Shown piece after piece: positions 48,752-58,557 of a stretch of DNA of 64,000 nucleotides. Position numbers and translations under genes: made by a program. The DNA is from an uncultured bacterium (GTDB lineage: Bacteria; Babelota; Babeliae; Babelales; Vermiphilaceae), in contig OY969699.1 in NCBI GenBank assembly GCA_963702025.1, forward strand, positions 320,001-384,000. Direction: 5' to 3'. Within the stretch, counting starts at the first letter, position 1. Each line of letters opens with the position of its first letter. The notes under the pieces were generated by a model. It was not told where the DNA came from and searched no databases. It worked only from the letters and a program-made list of their open reading frames with translations.

Positions 48752-50373
48752 TAACGCTCCCGTTTTGTTTTTTTGGCCAAGCGAAGGGTCATGCTGAATT
48801 TAGTTTCGTGAACTGGCTCTACATAAGAGAATAATTTTGATTCTTTCAATTCGCGCTCTAACGTTGCAAGTTCTGGATAGTCTCTTACTTGTGCTTTGAG
48901 CACAATAGTATCGGGCGTCATAGTTAATTTTTCTATTTCAAGGCCAAGTTCATTTTTATTTAATTTGGTAGTCAATTCCATTAAATATTCGAGGAAATTT
49001 GTTCGCGCTGTCGCAGAGAATGCTGACCACACTTTTTCTTCTTGATTCACAATATTATTTGCCATCCCCAATGCTTCTTCTAATGAGCCGACATCGGCAG
49101 GCATTTTCTTTATGTGTTCTTTGAGTGATAGAATTGCATCTTGTTCAGATTGATAGGCTTCTCGTTTTAGTTTTCTTGTTTGCCAGAAGGTATTAAACAA
49201 GAGTCCGCCCAAAATAAGGCCTGCAAGCGCGCAACCTGCAATAAACTGTTGTGCAAAGAGATTGGTTTGAGAAAGAGCAAAATCTTTTTGGCGCAAATTA
49301 AAATCGGTTGTTGCGGATAATGGCAATGCCGTTGCCAAACTTACCAAGTTTATTTGTGGAACGGCACTTTTCGCGTTAACTCCATAGCCATTATGTATCA
49401 AAGTGTTGATGCTAAAAATTTCTGTTTTTATATGGGAGAGATCCGTGATGAGTTCAGGCAATCCTTTGATTGTAGCGCTGGTGCCAAAAATAATGATCTT
49501 ATTTATGGATTGTGATGGCTTGGATTGCATCACAAATGATTGTAATGTAAAAAGAATATCATTAAAAAAAGCAGAAAAAGATTCTTTCATGGGTCCAATA
49601 AGCGCATTATTATCAGGCTCAAGGCCAAATCGAATAATTTGCTCCATTGCTTCTTGCTCGGTTGTGTGTGTTCGTTGTGCAATTAATCGCGCTTGATCAA
49701 TTAGACCCTTTGGCAAGGTTCGTATAAAACGAAGTTGGCCATCATAGATATAGGCCATGCGCGTACCACTCGGCTCAATTTCCAGAAGTACAACGGCTCC
49801 TTTTTGATCGGCATATGTTGGGACGATTTTATATAATCCATACAGGGCAAAAATATCTATAGTAATTTTTTCGGGTTGGATGCCCGCGGCTTCAAAAAGA
49901 GCAAGATGTTGCGCCATGTATTGATTTTGAACTGCCGCCACCAAAACTTCTGAGCTTTTTTCTTCGGGAAGCTCTTTGGTGACTATGCAATCAATAACAG
50001 TATCTTGTAAAGGAAATGGTAATAACGGTTCAACCTCATAGCCAATAACTTTTTTTATTGTTGAAATTCCCATGAAAGGCAATTTTAATTCTTTAAAAAT
50101 TGCGTTAGAGCTTGGTAATGCGGAAATGATGGAATCTACGGGTGGACACTGCGCTAGTATTATTTTAATAGCATCGGCAACTTGATCTTGATATGGTACG
50201 GTTGCAGTTGATGCAAGTGGTATATCGAAATTTTTTTCGATAGTAATCTCTTTTTTTCGCGCCAAAATAAGCGTTGCTTTGACGGCAGTCTTGCCAATAT
50301 CAAAACCAAGTATGCGTGTAGAAAAGAGAAAATAATTACCAATACTTTGAGGAATAAATAGATTCTTAATCAT
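48751..50373 (-). CDS. gspL: T2SS GspL (PilM-like actin fold + TM + PilN-like domain)
   Basis: ILGFDIGKTAVK, LKLPF, YEVEPLLPF, single TM, periplasmic domain. Confidence 0.78.
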   Translation of the reverse strand: MIKNLFIPQSIGNYFLFSTRILGFDIGKTAVKATLILARKKEITIEKNFDIPLASTATVPYQDQVADAIKIILAQCPPVDSIISALPSSNAIFKELKLPFMGISTIKKVIGYEVEPLLPFPLQDTVIDCIVTKELPEEKSSEVLVAAVQNQYMAQHLALFEAAGIQPEKITIDIFALYGLYKIVPTYADQKGAVVLLEIEPSGTRMAYIYDGQLRFIRTLPKGLIDQARLIAQRTHTTEQEAMEQIIRFGLEPDNNALIGPMKESFSAFFNDILFTLQSFVMQSKPSQSINKIIIFGTSATIKGLPELITDLSHIKTEIFSINTLIHNGYGVNAKSAVPQINLVSLATALPLSATTDFNLRQKDFALSQTNLFAQQFIAGCALAGLILGGLLFNTFWQTRKLKREAYQSEQDAILSLKEHIKKMPADVGSLEEALGMANNIVNQEEKVWSAFSATARTNFLEYLMELTTKLNKNELGLEIEKLTMTPDTIVLKAQVRDYPELATLERELKESKLFSYVEPVHETKFSMTLRLAKKTKRER

Positions 50374-52916
50374 GCCCGAATCTCCTTATTAGATTCGCGA
50401 CGTTGCGATGATACATTCTTTCGTTTAGGGCCTTGTGCTACAGTAAAGCTTTCATTATTTTTTACCGGAATATCATTTTTTGCTATTGGTGTCACGATAT
50501 CTCGTGGCATTTTGGACTTTTCAGCCGTTTCTCGTTGTTTGCGATAGACAAATTCATCGGTGGCTGCTTCATTTAAATTTTTACCATCAAAGAACCATCG
50601 GCTTACCGGATCGCGTCTTTGGTTTGTTTCATACATATCATCAACGGTATCGGTGTAATCTGAAATATGCGTATTAGTAAATGCAATCATCGCTTCATCA
50701 GTTTCCGGCTCAATAATACGTGATGATATTAAAATTAATAAATTAGATTTGGATGCCGTTTTCTGCTTATTTTTAAAGAGCCAACCAACAACGGGAATAT
50801 CACCTAAAACTGGCACTTTAGTGGTTACCGAGTCAATATTAGTTTGAATGAGTCCGCCCAGCGCAAGCACTTCTTTATTGGACACGATTGTTTTGGTTTT
50901 TATCCTGCGTGAAGTGCGAACCGCATTATTTGGATTTGCTTCGCCTACGAATTGGTTGAGCTGCACTTCAATTTCAAGAACTATCATACCATCAGAATTG
51001 ATTTGTGGTGTTATCTCAACCCGCAATTCTGCCGGCGCATCACCAAATGTGTCAACAGGGGTTGTTGCTCCTATAATGGTACCGGTAGTCACCCGTCGCA
51101 CTTCACCAAGAGATACAACTGCTTTTGTTTTATTTGTTGCAATTAAAAACGGGTTGGCAAGGACCTGCACATTGCTTGCCGTTTGGAGGGCCGAAACAAT
51201 TGCCCAAACGTTTAAGGAATCGCCCAAAGAGATAATGGTATTACCCGCGGCAATACCACTGGAAACTAAATTGAGTAAATTGCCTAACAAACGATCAATG
51301 CCCGCGCCATTCGGGTTGGTTTGTACGGTGCCGGTACCAAAGAGCCCTGAGGTTTGAAATTTGGTATTACCGAAAAATCCTTCAGTGCCCGGAACTCTGC
51401 TGCGCATTTGAGTGCCAAGTTGTTGATTGGTGTTGAGGCTCACTGCAAGCAGGAGCACTTCAATGGCAACCTGTGGTTGGGGAGCATCAAGCTGGGTAAT
51501 AACTTCTTTAGCCTTGAGAAAATCCTCGTAATCTCCCTTTATTATGAGTCGATTTGTCTCCGGTTCTGCGGTAAAAAAAATTGGTTTCATATATTTGTCG
51601 CCACCACGAACACCACCGCTTTTACCCGCTTCGGTATTTGCGCCCCACTGAGTTGCTCTGTTCATAATTTCAGCAATCACTTTTGCGTCAGCATATTTTA
51701 TCGGTAAAACATGCAGTGGCGAATAAGGTTGCGATAGTTCAACGTCTACTGATTGAGTTATAAAATCTTCAATACGTTTTATTGAGTCTGCTGGGCCCAA
51801 CAATATTAAAGAGTTTGTGCGAGGCTCTGCAAATATTCCCACATTATCAGGAAAGTACGAGCTTGATGGTGCTTTCCGACCTTGGAAAAAGCGTTGTTGC
51901 GCGATATCTTTGTCGCTGGTGCCTGCAAGAGACTTATACAATTGTTCCACTTCTCGCGCATCTGCTCTTCGCAGTTTGAGTACCGACATTGCTTGTGGCA
52001 TGGTTAATTTATCAAGCTCTTTAACAATGTTCATCAAACTTTTGATATTGTAGGCTTTATCAGTGATCAAAAAGCCTTTCAATTCATTTAACATAACCAG
52101 ATTGGCGCCGGGGCTCTTGAGAGAATTGACAACGCCATCAATTGTTTTTAAATCAGCATTTTCAATAAAATAGACATAACGTATCATCTCATCATTGCTG
52201 GGCAGTGTTGAGGGGGAAACACCGATATAGGCGGGCAATGGAGATTTTTTTGCAAGATCCAAAGTGACGATTCGTTTTATTCTTGGGCTTGCTTCGGCAA
52301 TTACGGTGAATCCTGAAATCTCCAAAAATGCCAAGAAGATATCCCAGGCTTCCCTCTTGGTAAGTAAGCTGTGTGTTTTAAATGAAATTCTATTTTTTTT
52401 GACCGACTTTACTAGGGGGTTCTGAGACATGGGGCTAATTGCATCGTCAGTGATGAAGGTGATATCAAACAGATCTGCAATTTGATTGATTAACGTTTCA
52501 AGATCCGCATCTTCAAAATTAAACTCAATGCTTGGTTCATCTGCTTCAGGGGCGGGCAGAGGAGGCGTAGGTTCATTGGTTTTTTCCGCTTTTGCTTCAG
52601 GCTTTTTCTCTTCTTTCTTTTCTTCGATGGATTCGGTTACAACTGGGGTGGCTGGCGATTGAGCGGCCTGCTGCTCTTCCGCTGATGCAATTTTTTCGCC
52701 GAGTTCACTCGAAATGCCTATTTTTGAGAGTTTTTCATCTCTAAAAGTCTCAGCAATATCTATCGATGTATTGAGTGAAGAAGCCTTGTTTGGCATCGAT
52801 TTTTTTTCTTGCTTACCGCCGCAGCCACTTATAAGGCTCAGTGCAAAAGCAAGACACAAAAAAATGTATATGCGATTCATTGGCATAAATTTACTCATTG
52901 AGGTTTGATAACACAT
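50370..52916 (-). CDS. gspD: Type II secretion secretin GspD (copy 1, predicted lipoprotein)
   Basis: Lipobox LISGC; FNFEDADL N0 domain; LDAPQPQVAIEV; KVPVLGDIPVVGWLFK. Confidence 0.9.
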   Translation of the reverse strand: MCYQTSMSKFMPMNRIYIFLCLAFALSLISGCGGKQEKKSMPNKASSLNTSIDIAETFRDEKLSKIGISSELGEKIASAEEQQAAQSPATPVVTESIEEKKEEKKPEAKAEKTNEPTPPLPAPEADEPSIEFNFEDADLETLINQIADLFDITFITDDAISPMSQNPLVKSVKKNRISFKTHSLLTKREAWDIFLAFLEISGFTVIAEASPRIKRIVTLDLAKKSPLPAYIGVSPSTLPSNDEMIRYVYFIENADLKTIDGVVNSLKSPGANLVMLNELKGFLITDKAYNIKSLMNIVKELDKLTMPQAMSVLKLRRADAREVEQLYKSLAGTSDKDIAQQRFFQGRKAPSSSYFPDNVGIFAEPRTNSLILLGPADSIKRIEDFITQSVDVELSQPYSPLHVLPIKYADAKVIAEIMNRATQWGANTEAGKSGGVRGGDKYMKPIFFTAEPETNRLIIKGDYEDFLKAKEVITQLDAPQPQVAIEVLLLAVSLNTNQQLGTQMRSRVPGTEGFFGNTKFQTSGLFGTGTVQTNPNGAGIDRLLGNLLNLVSSGIAAGNTIISLGDSLNVWAIVSALQTASNVQVLANPFLIATNKTKAVVSLGEVRRVTTGTIIGATTPVDTFGDAPAELRVEITPQINSDGMIVLEIEVQLNQFVGEANPNNAVRTSRRIKTKTIVSNKEVLALGGLIQTNIDSVTTKVPVLGDIPVVGWLFKNKQKTASKSNLLILISSRIIEPETDEAMIAFTNTHISDYTDTVDDMYETNQRRDPVSRWFFDGKNLNEAATDEFVYRKQRETAEKSKMPRDIVTPIAKNDIPVKNNESFTVAQGPKRKNVSSQRRESNKEIRA

Positions 52917-53997
52917 TTTGTGTTGGGCGGCTGCCCTTCTCTAGCATATTTGCTTTTTCTCTATTTCTAATTTCTTCCAAGGTTGGAGCAAAAGATTTTT
53001 TCTGTTCCAGCTGTTTGCGTTGCTCTTCTTCTTTTTTTTCTTGCGTTTGTTTAACGGCCCCGACATCTTGCTTGCGCGGTTGCACTTCATGCAGCACATA
53101 ATGCAATACAATTTCTCTATTATTTCTTGAGACGGTCACTGAAACAATGTCATCTGTCTTTAAGCTCGTTATTTGATTATAAATAGTCAAGCGATTTTGC
53201 GTTTGATCAACAGGAATGTCATTTATCTTAAGAATAACATCTTCTCTTAATAAGCCTAGTGCTGCTGCCAGTGAGCCAGGACCGGTATTGTTAATACGAG
53301 CGCCGACGCTTTCCCCTTGGCGATATGCCGTAGTTACTTCAAGCGTATCGATAAATTGGCCAAGGTTTTGTATGCGATTAATGAATTCGGCAGTATTTAC
53401 CGTGTAGCGATATTCGCCAGTTGGGGTTATGACATTGTCCCAACTATCAATATTTGCGTAGCTTGGATCGAGTTTGGCGTCTTTTTCCCGCATGTAAATT
53501 ACTTCTTGTTGACCATTTGATCGCATGAGAATAACTTTGTTGCTAAAAATGCGTATTAATTGTGCATCTTCGATAATGTCCCCTACGCGATATATCGCTT
53601 CTCTGTCGGTACGATTATCTCTTATTATAGCCCTATTTTTTGTGTCATCGGTTCGCACAACAACTACCCCTTTCAGGGTTATTGGTAGCGGCTCAACAAA
53701 TTGCGGCTTTGGTTCCTCCGGTACCCGAATTGGAAGGGGAGAAGGCGGTTCGGGAGCTGGGCCGACACTCTCAAATTTTTCCGGGAGAAGCTCTTTTTGA
53801 TAGGTATCAAAAAGGTCATTTTCATAAATTTTACTAATGTTGACCGTTGTCGCTTCAGCCTTAATCGGGGCTCGGTATGGGGCGGGTTCGATAGATTCTC
53901 GCTCAGGCAAGGCTGGCCGTGCAAAATAGATAAAACCTGCACTGAGCAGGCCAAAAAGAAATAATGTGCTGTTGATGATCCAGAATGGCTGTCTCAT
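52891..53997 (-). CDS. gspC: T2SS GspC (TM, HR domain, PDZ)
   Basis: LKGVVV..RAII..YRVGDII..VIL..NGQQEV HR domain; LGLLREDVILKIND PDZ. Confidence 0.85.
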   Translation of the reverse strand: MRQPFWIINSTLFLFGLLSAGFIYFARPALPERESIEPAPYRAPIKAEATTVNISKIYENDLFDTYQKELLPEKFESVGPAPEPPSPLPIRVPEEPKPQFVEPLPITLKGVVVVRTDDTKNRAIIRDNRTDREAIYRVGDIIEDAQLIRIFSNKVILMRSNGQQEVIYMREKDAKLDPSYANIDSWDNVITPTGEYRYTVNTAEFINRIQNLGQFIDTLEVTTAYRQGESVGARINNTGPGSLAAALGLLREDVILKINDIPVDQTQNRLTIYNQITSLKTDDIVSVTVSRNNREIVLHYVLHEVQPRKQDVGAVKQTQEKKEEEQRKQLEQKKSFAPTLEEIRNREKANMLEKGSRPTQNVLSNLNE

Positions 53998-54068
53998 TCA
54001 AATTTTTCCTTATTAATAAGCATTACCTCACAATACCCCTCATCTTGAAATTTTGTCAAGCACGGTCA

Positions 54069-55070
54069 TTATGGGCAGGGAACTGCATTCAGTATTGTTT
54101 GAATTATTGCTTCACGGCTTATTTGTTCCGCTTCTGCTTGGTAGGTTACCGTGATGCGGTGAGCTAATATTTTTGGTGCAACTTTCTTTACATCATCTGG
54201 AATCACAAATTGGCGCCGTTTTAAAAATGCATGTGCTTTTGCCGCTTGAAAAAGGGCAAGTGTTGCGCGAGGAGAGGCGCCATGTTCTATGTATTCTCGT
54301 GCCCCTTCTATCTTTTTTACATCAGGTTGCCGTGTCGCATGCACGATATTTACAATATATTCAATAATTCGTTCATCAACATAAATTTCCTTGATTAATT
54401 TTTGTGCCGCCAGAATTTCTTGCGCGGTAAAAATATGAGTAAGTGTTTCTAAATTCAGCGATCGGCGCAATAATTCTCGCTCTTCTACTTTGCTGGGATA
54501 GGTTACTACCAACTTAAACATAAAGCGATCAACTTGCGCTTCAGGCAAGCGATAGGTGCCTTCTTGTTCAATTGGATTTTGAGTTGCAAATACTAAGAAC
54601 GGTTGTTCAAGCGCAAAGGTTGTTGAACCGATAGTAATTTGTTGCTCTTGCATTGCTTCAAGCAAAGCGGATTGCACTTTTGCCGGCGCGCGGTTAATCT
54701 CATCTGCTAAAATGAGGTTGGCAAAAATGGGACCTTTTTTAGTTTCAAATTCTTGTGTTTTTTGATTATAAATGAGTGTACCAATTAAATCGGCTGGCAA
54801 TAAATCCGGTGTAAATTGGATACGATTGAATTTTAGACCAAGAACTTTGGTGATTGCTTTGATCATGGTGGTCTTTGCCAGACCCGGAACCCCTTCAAGA
54901 AGAATATGTCCTTTGCACAGAATGGCGATAAGAATAAATTCTATAATTTCTTGTTGGCCGACAATAAGTTTTGAAACTTCGTGTGCGATCCCGTAAAATT
55001 GTGTACTCTGATATTTAATCTGTTCAATCACCGCAGTATTTACCGGTGATACGTTTTGAGGTTCTAACAT
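54069..55070 (-). CDS. moxR: MoxR-family AAA+ ATPase
   Basis: HILLEGVPGLAKT, RIQFTPDLLPAD, DEINRAPAKVQSALLEAM, ATQNPIEQEGTY. Confidence 0.95.
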   Translation of the reverse strand: MLEPQNVSPVNTAVIEQIKYQSTQFYGIAHEVSKLIVGQQEIIEFILIAILCKGHILLEGVPGLAKTTMIKAITKVLGLKFNRIQFTPDLLPADLIGTLIYNQKTQEFETKKGPIFANLILADEINRAPAKVQSALLEAMQEQQITIGSTTFALEQPFLVFATQNPIEQEGTYRLPEAQVDRFMFKLVVTYPSKVEERELLRRSLNLETLTHIFTAQEILAAQKLIKEIYVDERIIEYIVNIVHATRQPDVKKIEGAREYIEHGASPRATLALFQAAKAHAFLKRRQFVIPDDVKKVAPKILAHRITVTYQAEAEQISREAIIQTILNAVPCP

Positions 55071-55154
55071 ACGGTAACCTTTCTTGCAATTGGTTTTCTG
55101 GTATGATCAGATTAGCAGGCTTATAACAAACTTACAAATTCTGAGGTTTTGCTT

Positions 55155-55676
55155 ATGATATTATCGGGCAAAGAAATAAAGCGGAAATTAAACAAAGCTA
55201 TTTTTATTGAGCCGTTTAATGAGCGGCAACTTGGTCCTAATAGTTATAATCTTCGTTTGCATCACGAACTGGTGGTCTATGAAGATGCTGTACTTGATAT
55301 GAAAAAACAGCACTCGGTAAGAAAGATTACCATTCCTGAAGAAGGGCTTGTGCTTGAGCCGAATAAATTATATTTAGGACGGACTATCGAATACACCAAG
55401 ACCGACCATTATGTTCCCATGCTGGAGGGCAGATCATCGATCGGGCGCCTTGGCATGTTCGTACACATAACTGCAGGATTTGGTGACGTTGGCTTTAACG
55501 GATTTTGGACATTAGAAATCTTTTGTGTGCAACCGATTCGTGTCTATCCGGGCGTGGAGATTTGCCAGATATTTTACCACACCATCGAGGGCGATTATAC
55601 GCGGTATGTGAGCAATAAATACCAAAATAATCAAGGCATTCAGCCAAGTTTGTTGTATAAAGATTTTGAACTCTAA
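55155..55676 (+). CDS. dcd: dCTP deaminase
   Basis: MILSG, PNSYNLRL, EGRSSIGRLG, AGFGDVGF.G.WTLE, KYQ. Confidence 0.93.
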   Translation: MILSGKEIKRKLNKAIFIEPFNERQLGPNSYNLRLHHELVVYEDAVLDMKKQHSVRKITIPEEGLVLEPNKLYLGRTIEYTKTDHYVPMLEGRSSIGRLGMFVHITAGFGDVGFNGFWTLEIFCVQPIRVYPGVEICQIFYHTIEGDYTRYVSNKYQNNQGIQPSLLYKDFEL

Positions 55677-56299
55677 TAATTACTTGCTTTCGTTAGCTTG
55701 CTCTTTTCAGCATCTTTAAGTTCATCCAATGCGCGTTCAAGTGCTTTAACTTTTTGCTCCACGGTCATTTCGCGATCAGTTTGAATTTCTTCGATTTTTT
55801 TGTTGATGGCGATACGATCGAGAAATAAGGAGAATGAGTGCAATGCCTGGGGATTAATTTTTTCTTTAAGTAATTGCGCATGCACCAGCAATTCCGATTT
55901 ATCCTTATGAAGTTCATAATTGACTTGGTCGCACACGGTGTTGTCTGATTTTGGTAAATTGCGAGCGAAGAACATATATTTTTGTTTTTCACGGAATGTA
56001 AGGATCAAGCAGTACTGTTGTGTCTGAATTACTGCTCCGCTGCTTTTTTCATTTTTTTGCAAATTGAGCTTATGTATCTCTTCAATAAAAGTTTTTAAAT
56101 GATTAAGAAAGAGCTCAGTATTGATAGCATCGCGTCCAACGCTGGCAGCATGAGGACCATCCATGTTGAGATTAAGTGCTTTTTTTACTGCTTCTTTTTC
56201 TTGTGAGGCTCGTGAGTAAAATATGCTTTTTATCCATTGCATGCCCAAGGATGATGATACGAATGAAAGACTTGCAAGAATAAAAAGTAATAATTTCAT
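55673..56299 (-). CDS. Hypothetical secreted protein
   Basis: Probable start MKLLLF at 56299 (GGAG SD); signal peptide ending SLG-MQ. Confidence 0.7.
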   Translation of the reverse strand: MKLLLFILASLSFVSSSLGMQWIKSIFYSRASQEKEAVKKALNLNMDGPHAASVGRDAINTELFLNHLKTFIEEIHKLNLQKNEKSSGAVIQTQQYCLILTFREKQKYMFFARNLPKSDNTVCDQVNYELHKDKSELLVHAQLLKEKINPQALHSFSLFLDRIAINKKIEEIQTDREMTVEQKVKALERALDELKDAEKSKLTKASNY

Positions 56300-56310
56300 A
56301 ATAAAACTCC

Positions 56311-56351
56311 AAAAAAAATTCGCAGAAACTATAAACAGTCTCTGCGAATTA
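56311..56351 (-). terminator. Intrinsic terminator
   Basis: AATTCGCAGA..TCTGCGAATT inverted repeat with an A8 run on + (U-tract on -). Confidence 0.75.
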
Positions 56352-56380
56352 GATTGCCTAATCAAGAAAATCTTTTTGAA

Positions 56381-56971
56381 TTAGTCAACGATTGCTTCTT
56401 TAAGATCTTTAACAACGTCAACAAAGCCATCCCATGCGCTTACACTAACATTTTTGATCGCAGTGCCTGCTTGAACCGGAGCATCAACAAAAAGTTGAGT
56501 AGCAACATCCGCAGCATCGCTATCAGCAACTGCTTTTGCCGCATCTTTTGCTACATCAGCAGTTTTTTGTGCTGCATCTTTAATTTTTTCGCCTGCTTTA
56601 ATGCTTGCATCTTTAACGGCGACTGCACCGTCTTTGAAAGCGTCGCCTACTTTTTGGCCCGCTCTTTTGACTGCCAGTGCTGCTTCTTTGGTTGCGCTGG
56701 CAACTTTCTTACCTGCTTTGCTGTCGGCTATTTCTTGCGCAGTTTCTTTAACGCCATTTTTGATTTCCCCCGGGATACTGCCAAATTGGCCCATTACGTC
56801 CATAAAATCGCCATCGATATCGTTATCTTTGATCACATTTTTAATTGCCACGAATGGTAAAGTAACAGCTTCAAGAAGTTGATCGCCAATTTCTCGCATA
56901 TTTCCTTTGAAAGATTCTGCTTGTGTCATTGATACTGAAACAAGAGAAAGAATGAGAAGTTGCTTTTTCAT
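56381..56971 (-). CDS. Secreted Ala/Lys/Asp-rich amphipathic-helix repeat protein (LEA/apolipophorin-like)
   Basis: Signal peptide MKKQLL..; repeats such as AVKRAGQKVGDAFKDG/AVKDASIKAGEKIKDA. Confidence 0.75.
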   Translation of the reverse strand: MKKQLLILSLVSVSMTQAESFKGNMREIGDQLLEAVTLPFVAIKNVIKDNDIDGDFMDVMGQFGSIPGEIKNGVKETAQEIADSKAGKKVASATKEAALAVKRAGQKVGDAFKDGAVAVKDASIKAGEKIKDAAQKTADVAKDAAKAVADSDAADVATQLFVDAPVQAGTAIKNVSVSAWDGFVDVVKDLKEAIVD

Positions 56972-57108
56972 AGTTTTGTCCCTTTGGTAAAAACTGTAAT
57001 GATACAATGCAATACTATTTACAATTCTCAAGCATAGCAGAAATATAAATATAATAAAGTTTCTGCAAACAAAGTTATTAAGAAAACTGATAAATTTCAG
57101 CTAGTGAA

Positions 57109-57417
57109 TTAATACTCGGACTCAGCTGGCATAGTTGGCGCTGATGCAGGTGGAATTTGCTGGCGAGCATAACGTAGCTGCGGTGCACTTGATGATTTCA
57201 TCAGCGCAAGAAGTAGGGAGCCGGCCATAAAAAGGGCTCCCAAAACCCAGGTAATCTTTTGCAAAATGTCTTGTCCGCCTGAGCCACCAAAGAGCATTTG
57301 AGCGCCGCCGCCTAAGTTACCAAGGCCCATGTTGCCTTTGCCTTGTTGGATGAGAATAATAAGAATGAGTAAAAAACAGGTGATAACAAATGCGCTTAAT
57401 AGTAATCCGTAGAGCAT
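57109..57417 (-). CDS. secG: Preprotein translocase subunit SecG
   Basis: ILIQQGKG.GLG..GG..LFGGSG..L.KIT; follows tpiA. Confidence 0.92.
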   Translation of the reverse strand: MLYGLLLSAFVITCFLLILIILIQQGKGNMGLGNLGGGAQMLFGGSGGQDILQKITWVLGALFMAGSLLLALMKSSSAPQLRYARQQIPPASAPTMPAESEY

Positions 57418-57441
57418 GGAAAATCCTTTAGTTAATATTTC

Positions 57442-58194
57442 TTAAGATAATACTATTTTTTCAAACTTTTGAAAATCAGTACTTGCATGCCCAATTAAAA
57501 CACCATCAAGAATGGATAGGTCTTTAAAGAAACGAATGTTTGTTTCATCAACACTGCCACCATATAAAACGAGTGATGAATAATGTGGTGCATACGAGGC
57601 GCAGAGCCGTTTAATGGTTTCTAGGCAGGTGATCAGATATTCTTGAGGTGGAATTTGGTTGTTTCCTATTGCCCAAAGAGGTTCATAACCAATAATAATG
57701 CGATTGCCAAGCTGGTTTTTAGCAATCGCGGTGAGTGGGGAAATTAGTTGATCTTCAAGAACAGCAATTCCTCTTTGCTGTTCGTAGTCTTGCTCTGTTT
57801 CACCTATGCATATGATAGGAGTGATGGAGTTCATTAATAATAAAAGGGCTTTTGTGGCTATAGCATCATTATTTTCTGGGCACTCATTTTTTGTTTCAGA
57901 ATGACCAATGATGGTGTAGGCACACCCTATTTGAGCCAAAGAGGCGGCGAGCACTTGGCCGGTATAAGCCCCGGGATGATGGGCGCTGCAATCTTGTGCG
58001 GCAATGGTGAGGGGCGTTTCTTTGAGTTCATGGGCTGCCATGGTGAGCGCATCAAAAGATGGGCAGATAATGATTGAGTGATTTTGCCCCAGCGTTTGTA
58101 ATTGCTGTTTATGAGTAGATATCCAATTTTTTGCCTGATTAAAAGTAAAATATGCTTTCCAATTAGCTATATATACAAAAGGTTCAGTATTCAT
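57442..58194 (-). CDS. tpiA: Triosephosphate isomerase (divergent)
   Basis: ANWK, AQD, GAYTG, IIGHSE, CIGET, YEPLWAIG, LYGGSV. Confidence 0.92.
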   Translation of the reverse strand: MNTEPFVYIANWKAYFTFNQAKNWISTHKQQLQTLGQNHSIIICPSFDALTMAAHELKETPLTIAAQDCSAHHPGAYTGQVLAASLAQIGCAYTIIGHSETKNECPENNDAIATKALLLLMNSITPIICIGETEQDYEQQRGIAVLEDQLISPLTAIAKNQLGNRIIIGYEPLWAIGNNQIPPQEYLITCLETIKRLCASYAPHYSSLVLYGGSVDETNIRFFKDLSILDGVLIGHASTDFQKFEKIVLS

Positions 58195-58266
58195 AATGCT
58201 TCATCCTTAATTTATTGTCGTTCAGATTGTTTGCTTCTTTCCATTTTGGGGGAAAATCGTATTTTT

Positions 58267-58419
58267 CTATATTCTTGATATGCGTGAATTGGATTGCCTA
58301 ATGGCTTTTGCAAATCTGTGGAGGCTTTTAAGTTGTATTTTTCTTTTTTCATCATCTTGCTGCATAGCTAAGGAATAGAGTGGTAATAGTGCTAATGACC
58401 AGTAACAAATATAATTCAT
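58267..58419 (-). CDS. Short hypothetical secreted peptide, possibly a gene remnant
   Basis: GGAG SD, then MNYICYWSLALLPLYSLA-MQQ. Confidence 0.4.
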   Translation of the reverse strand: MNYICYWSLALLPLYSLAMQQDDEKRKIQLKSLHRFAKAIRQSNSRISRI

Positions 58420-58557
58420 AATATATTTCTCCGTTGAATTACTATGGTGAAACCATTTTCTATTACATACCTTACAAATATGATTTTTTTTGTCTATTAT
58501 GAAAATGAGGGGAAATTGTGACTGTGTACCGCGAATACGTATCAGGAAACATAATTT

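Noticed and set aside
50848..51707. Long antisense ORFs within gspD1 (likewise within rng, gatB, clpB and the M16 genes)
   Set aside because: Fully overlap well-supported conserved genes and show no motifs.
56354..56860. 168-aa Cys/Phe-rich plus-strand ORF
   Set aside because: Antisense shadow of the Ala/Lys repeat gene.
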